A stretch of 38,845 bases of DNA from a bacterium (GTDB lineage: Bacteria > UBP15 > UBA6099 > JAJRTR01). The notes under the pieces were generated by a model. That model had not been told where the DNA came from. It was given only the letters and a program-made list of their open reading frames with translations, and made no database searches. The translations under genes were made by a program, and so were the position numbers. The number at the start of each line of letters is the position of its first letter. The first letter of the stretch is position 1. This document shows positions 28,067 through 35,329 of this stretch, piece after piece. The stretch is from NCBI GenBank assembly GCA_024278215.1, contig JAJRTR010000182.1, forward strand, positions 62,001 through 100,845. Reading direction: 5' to 3'.

Positions 28067-28457
28067 TAAAATAACCCACTAACACAGATAGGGAAGATTC
28101 GATACCGGGCTCCGGCATTTACAGAGGCCGACGGGCGACCCTCCCCCGCCCTTTGCGGACGAACAACCGTGCTGGTTACACTGGAAAACAGTCGCGGGAC
28201 CATTGCCTTTATCCGTCGAACATTCTAAAATGGAACTTATCCGACTCTGGATTCTAATTGTCGTTTCTGCCTGAATCGGTCTGGTCAATCGAATAGGAAG
28301 CGACATTTAGTTCCGAGTCGTTACAAACAACCTCGCGGAGGAACCGCCTGATATTCGGGCCGGGTTGACCTCCGGCACGTTTTCGGGAGGGGGCCACTGC
28401 TTTTTCCGCGAGGTTGGGTAGTGCGCCCCTTTTCGGTTTGGGGCATAGGAGGTCAAA

Positions 28458-29303
28458 ATGGCATATTGTGAGAACTGCGGAAATCCGCTTGGAGACAACG
28501 CTCAATTCTGTGTTAAGTGTGGAACAAAAAGACACACCGGGGAGCCGGTCCCTCAACCGGGGCCAATTCAAAACATCGAGACATTGCCTGTATCGCCGCA
28601 AGCGCAACAACCGCCACCGGGCGGGACACAATATCCACAATACGAAAAAGGCCCGACGACGGCGCAGAGAGGCGGCTCAAAACTATCCCTGTCCTCGGTA
28701 TGGGCATGGTTCCGGAAGCAGTCGAAGCCGGTACAGGCGGCGATTGTCGCGGGTATCGTAATACTCATTATTATCGGCGCGACAACGGAATCTCCCGATA
28801 CTCCTACGGGTAGTAATCCCTCCGGGACTACTACAACGGAGCTATCCCCGGAACAACGGCTCTCAAACGCCGAGGCGAAACTACAGGAGTACAAAGATTA
28901 CAAAGCTACCGTACTCGCGGCGTTCGGAGACTCGGACGCTTACGCAAAACGGCTCTACGACCAACTACAGGCGGGCGACATGTATAAGGCGTACGAGACC
29001 GCCGATAAGGGATATTGGGTAAACTTCGAGTTGGCGACGGAGAAATTACCAAAAATCAAACCTCCAAAGGAAATGAAATTGGCTCACGATAAATACGGGG
29101 AGGCCGCGCTATTCAGGCAAAACGCTATGAGGGCGTTTGTAAAAGCCGTAGACGCGAACGGCAAAACTAAACTCATGAAACAATACAAAGATAATGTCGA
29201 GTTCGCGTTTTCAGCATTGACCTCGGCGACAGCGGAAATGACTACCGTAATCGTCGAACAAGAGAAAAAAGTCGAGGAGCTTAAAATCTCGACAACCGAG
29301 TAA
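28458..29303 (+). CDS. zinc-ribbon, single-pass membrane protein with helical C-terminal domain
   Basis: MAYCENCG..FCVKCGT; Pro/Gln linker; TM AAIVAGIVILIIIGA; AGGAGG RBS. Confidence 0.9.
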   Translation: MAYCENCGNPLGDNAQFCVKCGTKRHTGEPVPQPGPIQNIETLPVSPQAQQPPPGGTQYPQYEKGPTTAQRGGSKLSLSSVWAWFRKQSKPVQAAIVAGIVILIIIGATTESPDTPTGSNPSGTTTTELSPEQRLSNAEAKLQEYKDYKATVLAAFGDSDAYAKRLYDQLQAGDMYKAYETADKGYWVNFELATEKLPKIKPPKEMKLAHDKYGEAALFRQNAMRAFVKAVDANGKTKLMKQYKDNVEFAFSALTSATAEMTTVIVEQEKKVEELKISTTE

Positions 29304-29321
29304 AGGCGAGAGGAGGTTAAA

Positions 29322-29738
29322 ATGGCATATTGCGAGAGTTGCGGAAACGAGCTACGAGAGGGTATCAAATTTTGCGGTAAATGTGGAACAAAGGTCGGGG
29401 ACGGGACACCTGCGACCGCACCCCCGGCGACCGCGCCTCCTCTCCGGGAAAGTCCTCCGAGACTACAACCGACCAGAGGACCGTCAATAGGAGACGGCGG
29501 TAAGGTTTACAAAGAAATACGATATACGTGTCAGTCTTGCGGGAACCAGTGGCACAGCTTACCGAGAGAGGAGAGCCTCGGAACAAAATGCGCGACGGCG
29601 GCGGTATGTCCCTGTTGCATAGGAGGCCCGCTTACTCACTTTTTCAAGGGTAAGGGCGGTGTCCCGCTTGAGCACTCCATGTGTAAGAAATGTCGTTCTC
29701 GGAATATCACGCGAGAAGAAATCGAGCACGTAAGGTAG
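29322..29738 (+). CDS. zinc-ribbon protein with second Cys-rich domain
   Basis: MAYCESCG..FCGKCGT; CQSC, CPCC, CKKC; AGGAGG RBS. Confidence 0.88.
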   Translation: MAYCESCGNELREGIKFCGKCGTKVGDGTPATAPPATAPPLRESPPRLQPTRGPSIGDGGKVYKEIRYTCQSCGNQWHSLPREESLGTKCATAAVCPCCIGGPLTHFFKGKGGVPLEHSMCKKCRSRNITREEIEHVR

Positions 29739-29748
29739 GAGGCGGGCA

Positions 29749-29961
29749 ATGGCGGCAAAGGCACTCATACGGCTTATACAATGGTATCAACGGCAGGTAT
29801 CACCCCGGCTCAATACCCGTTGTCGATTTCAGCCCTCGTGTTCTCAATACGCGATTTTAGCGATAGAGAAATATGGAGGCATAGTCGACATCGGGAAAAC
29901 GGCGTGGCGGCTCTGTCGATGCAATCCGTTTAATCAAGGGTCGTGTATAAACTTTCCTTAA
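29749..29961 (+). CDS. YidD-like (membrane protein insertion efficiency / haemolytic domain) protein
   Basis: LIQWYQRQVSP...CRFQPSCSQYAILAIEKYG...RLCRCNPF; AGGAGG RBS. Confidence 0.9.
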   Translation: MAAKALIRLIQWYQRQVSPRLNTRCRFQPSCSQYAILAIEKYGGIVDIGKTAWRLCRCNPFNQGSCINFP

Positions 29962-30184
29962 ACGTAATCACAAAACTACGACAATACGCCTCCGGGAAAG
30001 TATGGAGGACTCTCACAAAAGCAAGATATTTTTATTTGCATCGAAAAAAATCGAGGTCGACGGCGTAGAATTATATGAGAGGGAAAAATCGGGAGGAAAG
30101 GAAAGCAAGCATAATAAAACCTCTACGATACGGTCGATGGTACTACCCTTTCGGACAAAGGACTTTTGAACGGGAGGAGCCGAA

Positions 30185-30367
30185 ATGCTAAAGGAAAAGT
30201 TATTGACGGTAAAAGAAGCGGCCCGGTATTTAGACGTAAGCAAGGATTTCATTTACCGACGAGTTCAATATGAAACCGACGTGGTGAAAGTCGGTAGAGG
30301 AATCCGGTTTACGCTAAGGGCTTTGGAAAAGTGGGTTGCGAACAACACGGTAGCGGGGAGCGTTTAA
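30185..30367 (+). CDS. excisionase-like HTH protein
   Basis: LLTVKEAARYLDVSKDFIYRRV...KVGRGIRF....LEKWV; GGAGG RBS; directly before the integrase. Confidence 0.9.
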   Translation: MLKEKLLTVKEAARYLDVSKDFIYRRVQYETDVVKVGRGIRFTLRALEKWVANNTVAGSV

Positions 30368-30383
30368 TCGCGCTTCCCAACCC

Positions 30384-31607
30384 GTGAGGAAAGGGGGTGA
30401 TAACTTGTTTATACCGAAAGGGAAAAGGTATTGGTACTTCAATGTCTATGACGACATGGGGAAACAGCGGAAATTTTCCACGCGGGTTGAACCGTCCAAA
30501 CCGGGGGTTAAGTGGAGCGAGGAGAAAAAGGGCATAGTGAAAAAGGCGGAGGCGGCGAGAAGCCGGATACTTGCGGAAAAGGGTTACGGGACTCCCCGGT
30601 TTTCACAGGAACGGAAAGCCGTATCTTTCGAGGTCTTGTTCAACGAGTATTACGAACGCCACTCCAGGGTACACAAAAAGAGCCACCGGCACGACCTGTA
30701 CAAAGGACGACATTTATTGGAGGCGTTCGCGGGCGTCCGGGTCGATAAGATAACGCCCCTCGCGATTGAGCGATACAAGGCGAAACGACGGAAGGTAAGC
30801 GGCCCGGCGACGATAAACCGGGAACTCGCGCTCATCAAGCACATCTATACAAAGGGTATCGAGTGGGGGTACTGCCGGGAGAACCCGGCCAAGGGGGTAA
30901 AGCTATGCAAGGAGCCTCCATCCCGAAATATTACTCTCACAGACGACGAGCGTATGAGGCTCATAGAGAGTTGCGACCACCGAATCAGGCCCATTGTCCT
31001 TGTCGCTCTCCATACGGGCATGAGGCAAGGCGAGATTATGGGTATGCGTTGGGAGAACGTGCGGTTCAAAGGAGTTCCGTGTCCGCACATTTTACTCCCC
31101 GTTACAAAATCGGGTAAGCCCCGTGAAATTCCCATGAACCATATCGTTTATCAGGTCCTGTACGAGCAGCCGCGCAACGGCGAGAGGGTATTTAATCGGA
31201 GTTTCCCGCGCTACTCTTGGGAAAAGGCCGTACAGGAGTCGAGACTCAATGGGCTCCGGTTCCATGACCTCCGGCACGAGTTCGGGACGAGACTTGTGAA
31301 CAATGTTCCACTACCTCGTATCAAAGAGCTCCTCGGTCACTCGACAATCCAGATGACCATGAGCTACCTTCATACGACCTCTTTGGAGTTAAAAGAGGCG
31401 GTTGATTACTCGTGTGAGAACTCGCCGGAGTGGCGGAATTGGCAGACGCAGAGGGACGACATTGGTGCCCCTTTAGTGCCCCCAATCAATTCGGTTCATG
31501 TCTTCGCAGGCGGCACGAAAAACAAAAAAGCCCGCAAAAGCGGGCCGTTCACGATGCCGGAGACCGGGCTCGAACCGGTACGAGGGATAGCCCTCACGGG
31601 ATTTTAA
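30384..31607 (+). CDS. int: tyrosine integrase of element 1; ORF runs through the att site and stops in the anticodon-loop core
   Basis: SGPATINRE, HTGMRQGEI, TKSGK, RFHDLRH, LLGHS..MTMSY; start may be TTG 30405. Confidence 0.95.
   Translation: MRKGGDNLFIPKGKRYWYFNVYDDMGKQRKFSTRVEPSKPGVKWSEEKKGIVKKAEAARSRILAEKGYGTPRFSQERKAVSFEVLFNEYYERHSRVHKKSHRHDLYKGRHLLEAFAGVRVDKITPLAIERYKAKRRKVSGPATINRELALIKHIYTKGIEWGYCRENPAKGVKLCKEPPSRNITLTDDERMRLIESCDHRIRPIVLVALHTGMRQGEIMGMRWENVRFKGVPCPHILLPVTKSGKPREIPMNHIVYQVLYEQPRNGERVFNRSFPRYSWEKAVQESRLNGLRFHDLRHEFGTRLVNNVPLPRIKELLGHSTIQMTMSYLHTTSLELKEAVDYSCENSPEWRNWQTQRDDIGAPLVPPINSVHVFAGGTKNKKARKSGPFTMPETGLEPVRGIALTGF
31424..31457 (+). other. inverted 5' half of a tRNA-Leu inside the integrase 3' end
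   Basis: GCCGGAGTGGCGGAATTGGCAGACGC matches nt 1-26 of the neighbouring tRNA-Leu at 25/26, then AGA-GGGAC up to the anticodon loop. Confidence 0.85.
31524..31545 (-). terminator. intrinsic terminator of tRNA-Leu
   Basis: Minus strand GCCCGC-TTTT-GCGGGC-TTTTTT. Confidence 0.8.
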
Positions 31608-31640
31608 GTCCCGGGCGTCTACCAATTCCGCCACTCCGGC
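31555..31640 (-). tRNA. tRNA-Leu(TAA), CCA not encoded
   Basis: GCCGGAG/CTCCGGC acceptor stem, CGGGA-CTTAAAA-TCCCG anticodon arm, long variable arm GAGGG-CTAT-CCCTC, GGTTCGAGCCC T arm. Confidence 0.97.
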
Positions 31641-31843
31641 TTTTTAAAAATATCCTTTTGTTTAAGCCAATATTTGCTAACTTTACAATTGGTTTGCAGT
31701 AATCTATTTTGTGTTTCGCACAAATTCACCCTATTTATCTTAGCTTATGTGCGCTGAATTGAGAACAGATCGGTGAGATTTTCCAAATATTTGTTTGATG
31801 TGTTTTCTCCACGTCTTTATCGCGCATATTTCACCAATGCAGG

Positions 31844-31893
31844 CTAACCCGGCATAGCAGTAACCGAACAGGGTTTCAGTTGCGCCGGGTTAG
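31844..31893. repeat. inverted repeat with family B-like ends between the two tRNA genes
   Basis: CTAACCCGGC ... GCCGGGTTAG 10-bp perfect arms with a different interior. Confidence 0.55.
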
Positions 31894-31933
31894 GGAGGAT
31901 CCGCTTAAAGACGGAAAGATGTATACAGAATTC

Positions 31934-31962
31934 TTGACAACAGCAACCCTTCCCCCTATTAT
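31934..31962 (+). promoter_or_regulatory. sigma70 promoter of tRNA-Ala
   Basis: TTGACA 31934-31939, 17 nt spacer, TATTAT 31957-31962. Confidence 0.8.
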
Positions 31963-31974
31963 TCAATAGCACGA

Positions 31975-32047
31975 GGGGACTTAGCTCAGCTGGGAGAGCG
32001 CCGCCCTTGCACGGCGGAGGTCGAGGGTTCGAGCCCCTTAGTCTCCA
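31975..32047 (+). tRNA. tRNA-Ala(TGC), CCA not encoded
   Basis: GGGGACT/AGTCTCC acceptor stem with G3:U70; CCGCC-CTTGCAC-GGCGG anticodon arm; GGTTCGAGCCC. Confidence 0.97.
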
Positions 32048-32081
32048 TAACCAAGAAACACTGATAACTACAGGCTTTTTT

Positions 32082-32105
32082 GCCCCGTGGAGGGGCTTCC
32101 TTTTT
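32082..32105 (+). terminator. terminator-like hairpin after tRNA-Ala
   Basis: GCCCC-GTGGA-GGGGC-TTCCTTTTT. Confidence 0.55.
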
Positions 32106-32154
32106 GCCCTGTACCGGGCAGAAGTTAGCCAAGGTTAGACAAATCTTCACGTTT

Positions 32155-33174
32155 TCACTCCAGGAACGCCGCAATCTTCTTGTCACGTTTGTCACTCACG
32201 TGTGCGTAGATCATCGTGGTCATCGGGCTACTGTGACACAGGTAGTACTGCACGTCGTACAGGGTCGCATCTTTCTCAATCATCTCAGTTGCGCAGCGAT
32301 GACGCAACGCGTGGAACCGCCTGTCGGGGAGTCCGAGTTCTTCATCGACTTTATCCCGGACGCGCCGCCATGCAGCACGCGGGAAGTACGGGAACGGCTT
32401 GTCCTTGTTCTCGGACCTCAACTGGAACAGCAACTGGAAAACTGACTGCGGAGGCTTGCGGTAGTGTTCTTCAAGTCCGCCTTTCTTCTTACTAATCCAA
32501 TACTTGATGGTTTGTTTCCCGAAGTCAACATCCTTCCACTCGACTCTCAGAATCTCTTTCAGGCGTCGCCCCGTCTTCAGAGCGAAGAATACAATCGAGT
32601 ACAGGTATGAGCTTTCTTTCCTGGCCTCTTTAAGGATAGCATCTGTATGCTCAGCGGTGAGAAACTGCTTTACCGGGCGAGACGGATACGCCTTTGTCTT
32701 TGCCACTGGGTTCTTGGTGCAATACTCCCACTCGATGGCCCTGTTGAAGATTGCGCTTAGAACGTTGCGATACCTGTTCCAGGTGGTACCCTGGCGTGTC
32801 TTTACAACTTTGTTGTGGAACCTGCGGATGTCCAGGGGAGATATGTCATCCATCATCTTCCCGGAGAACTCCCTCTCGATCAGGTTCATTCGAGACTTGT
32901 CGATGGTGTAGTTCTCTTTGTACAGAGCAAAGACTTCATCAAACGACCGCGCCGGCAGTCGCTGTATGTCCAGGTCTTCGTCCGAGACCCGTTTCAGAAT
33001 GACTCTTTCGGCTTCTACTTTTATCGACTTCATCTCATTGTTCCACTTAATGCCTTTCTTCGAGGCTCTGACGCCGCTGGACAGCGTACGTCGAGAACCT
33101 TCTGACAGCTTGATCTTGCAGGCCCATAGGCCTTTTACTTGCCACCAATACACTAAATCACTTCCTTTCGTCAC
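32155..33174 (-). CDS. int: tyrosine integrase of element 2
   Basis: KTGRRLKEILRVEWKDVDF, RRFHALRH, YLCHSSPMTTMIYAH; start probably GTG 33174 or 33153 because longer starts overlap xis. Confidence 0.93.
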   Translation of the reverse strand: MTKGSDLVYWWQVKGLWACKIKLSEGSRRTLSSGVRASKKGIKWNNEMKSIKVEAERVILKRVSDEDLDIQRLPARSFDEVFALYKENYTIDKSRMNLIEREFSGKMMDDISPLDIRRFHNKVVKTRQGTTWNRYRNVLSAIFNRAIEWEYCTKNPVAKTKAYPSRPVKQFLTAEHTDAILKEARKESSYLYSIVFFALKTGRRLKEILRVEWKDVDFGKQTIKYWISKKKGGLEEHYRKPPQSVFQLLFQLRSENKDKPFPYFPRAAWRRVRDKVDEELGLPDRRFHALRHRCATEMIEKDATLYDVQYYLCHSSPMTTMIYAHVSDKRDKKIAAFLE

Positions 33175-33232
33175 CTCCCTTATACCGGAATGTACATTTA
33201 TTATCTCCGGCAAAGGGTTGCTCTGGCAAGGG

Positions 33233-33562
33233 TTAGTCAAATAACCGTCCCGTACGTTTTGCCTTTTCGATAAGGGAATCCAGTTCTTCCTTGGGCACCA
33301 GAATCCTGCGTCCGTGCTTAATCGTCCGGACGTGCGCCCGCATACGCGCATAGCCTTCAGTTGTACCAATGCCAAGATACGCGCAGGCCTCCTCCATGGA
33401 CAGCATTCGCTTCTGCGCAGCCATGGAATGGAGAATCTCCGTGAGTAGTTCTTCGATTCTGAACAGGGATTCTAAAGCGGTCGCAGCATGGGGCTGCTGC
33501 TGGTTCTCAGTGGTCGATACAGCCGTAGATTCTTGTTGATCCGAATGGGATGGTTGCTCCAT
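33233..33562 (-). CDS. excisionase-like HTH protein with N-terminal extension
   Basis: MLSMEEACAYLGIG....Y......IKHGRRILVPKEELDSLI; GAGGAG RBS. Confidence 0.88.
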   Translation of the reverse strand: MEQPSHSDQQESTAVSTTENQQQPHAATALESLFRIEELLTEILHSMAAQKRMLSMEEACAYLGIGTTEGYARMRAHVRTIKHGRRILVPKEELDSLIEKAKRTGRLFD

Positions 33563-33694
33563 AGGACAACGCTCCTCTTGCGTTGGCGTCGTCCCAGGTG
33601 GCGTTCAATGTCGAACGCGCGTGGACGTCTACCTGTTTCTCGGCACTGCGCTTTCAGGATTTGCCGTGCCGGTTAATATTGAACCGCCGTGGAC

Positions 33695-34933
33695 TTAACG
33701 GCGGAATTTCTGCTCACTTATCATGGTACCGTGGCGTTGCTGGAATTGCTGGTGACGTGTGTGCCACATGTCCAGCAGGCTCGGTAGTTTTACATGGCCG
33801 CACTTGACGGTGTTCCGGTCCCGCTTGCATAGTCCACGCATGACCTTCTTCCTGACCAGTACATCGAGGTCTTCGATCTGGTACGACACGTTGACGGCTC
33901 CAAAGTGACCGAGCCAGCCAGCGAAGATTTCACGTAGATCATCGCAGACCTCTTTCAGTTCACCGTGGGTATATTCGACCATCTTCTTAGTCACTTTTAA
34001 GTCCAGCTTTCCCACAGCCTTCTCCGATGCACGGACTCTGATCCAATCATCTTTCAGCATGATGTCGTATCCAAGAAACACAAAGCTATCGGCAGCATGA
34101 CGGAGGTGGGTCTTCGACTCCTTCTGCTCCAGCCCCACGTTTGCCAGAGATTGCGCTGAGAACTCACGCGCCAGGATTGCTTCTTGCTCTGTCATGCAAA
34201 AGACTATTATGTCGTCGGCATAGCGAATGAGTTTGAACCTGGCGGCGGTCATCTCACGGTCGTACCCGGTGAGATATATATTGCACATCAGAGGCGATAA
34301 TGGTCCGCCTTGGTGCAACCCCGAAAGGTTTGGTTCCTCTGGAGTGGTATCAAGCGGGGATCGCATTATCCGGTGAATAAGTTCGATGACCCTGGGATCG
34401 TTCACAATGTCGATGGACATATCAAGAACGGGTTGGTGTGGAATATTCGGAAAGCAGGCTGCAATGTCAGTTTCGAACACACACAAGTCGCCTTCCTTCA
34501 AGATGATGACGATCCTTTTCAGGGCCGTGAGTGGACCACGGTCTGGTCGAAACCCATGGCTGCAATCTTCGAAAGTTGGCTTGAACATCGGTTCGATCAC
34601 CTGCCGGATTGCCGTTCCAACCACGCGGTCGTAAACAGTCGGTATTCCCAGGATGCGACAACCATCTCGTTTCATGGCCTCGTGGATGGAAATCCTCACT
34701 GGCAGGCCAGTCACCTTGTCGAGAGGGACTTGTCTCACCGGGTCAGACCAGTACGACATCGCGAGTAGCTCTCGTTGGATTTGTGCGGCATAATGATCGT
34801 ACCGCTGTACAAACTTGGCTGCTGTCACACCATCGACACCTGCACCCTGGTTCTCATCACGTGCCCGCTTACGGACATGACAGAATGCACGACGGATGTT
34901 TTCCTTGCTGGCTATCTGTTCGAGTAAGCTCAT
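33695..34933 (-). CDS. group II intron-like reverse transcriptase with maturase/thumb domain, no endonuclease domain
   Basis: GAGVDG (RT0), RILGIPTVYDRV, SHGFRPDR, ETDIAACF, LHQGGPLSPLMCNIYL, RYADD, FVFLGY, AGWLGHF; start ATG 34933 (MSLLEQIAS). Confidence 0.95.
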   Translation of the reverse strand: MSLLEQIASKENIRRAFCHVRKRARDENQGAGVDGVTAAKFVQRYDHYAAQIQRELLAMSYWSDPVRQVPLDKVTGLPVRISIHEAMKRDGCRILGIPTVYDRVVGTAIRQVIEPMFKPTFEDCSHGFRPDRGPLTALKRIVIILKEGDLCVFETDIAACFPNIPHQPVLDMSIDIVNDPRVIELIHRIMRSPLDTTPEEPNLSGLHQGGPLSPLMCNIYLTGYDREMTAARFKLIRYADDIIVFCMTEQEAILAREFSAQSLANVGLEQKESKTHLRHAADSFVFLGYDIMLKDDWIRVRASEKAVGKLDLKVTKKMVEYTHGELKEVCDDLREIFAGWLGHFGAVNVSYQIEDLDVLVRKKVMRGLCKRDRNTVKCGHVKLPSLLDMWHTRHQQFQQRHGTMISEQKFRR

Positions 34934-35314
34934 AAGAAAGAAGGTGGCGACAGCCACCACCTGAATTGGGCGCAAGCTGCGGTCGGAGCCGGGAGCGTGG
35001 CCGGGCGCGTTTCTGTGCCCTGCTCAGGTGTTCTCTATACCCGCATGGCCTCGCTCTATGCGTGGACCGTGGCGGCGGCCTCCTACTGCTGTCTCCTACC
35101 GTATCCTCATCCAGGTGTATCAAAGCCCTATAGGCTCTGTACACTACTGCCCTTGCGGCTGGCTTACCACCATGATCGCAGTCTGCGATCACTGAACCTT
35201 GCGGCTCGTGGTGGGGGCATTCGGTAGTCTTGCGTAATGTTTTCCCGTACTCCTCTCGTTTTTAGTTTGTCTCTGCGCTGTTTTCTGTCATGGGCGGCGC
35301 GTGTTCCGGTGCTT
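34934..35314 (-). ncRNA. putative structured leader/ncRNA upstream of the RT
   Basis: Nested helices and a GCAA tetraloop on the minus strand; begins just downstream of an extended -10 promoter; boundaries inferred. Confidence 0.55.
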
Positions 35315-35320
35315 ACCTTC

Positions 35321-35329
35321 ATTATAGCA
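35321..35329 (-). promoter_or_regulatory. extended -10 promoter facing the leader-RT-xis-int unit
   Basis: Minus strand TG-C-TATAAT (plus strand ATTATAGCA). Confidence 0.65.

Larger units (their letters stand above)
16906..31609. mobile_element. integrative element 1 (~14.7 kb genomic island) inserted in tRNA-Leu(TAA)
   Basis: Bounded by tRNA-derived direct repeats; tyrosine integrase + xis adjacent to the tRNA; paired TRGTGCCCC arm-like repeats at both ends; defence cargo; distinct word usage. Confidence 0.93.

Noticed and set aside
16906-31609. Prophage or ICE call for element 1
   Set aside because: No capsid, terminase, tail, lysis or type IV secretion genes recognised between the att repeats.
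33175-33375. N-terminal 67 aa of the 406-aa integrase ORF
   Set aside because: Starts at a TTG inside xis in another frame; purine-rich RBS-like sequences favour a GTG start at 33174 or 33153.
33695-34933. Retron
   Set aside because: Lacks the retron NAxxH and VTG signatures; has RT0 and an X-domain GW motif typical of group II-type RTs.
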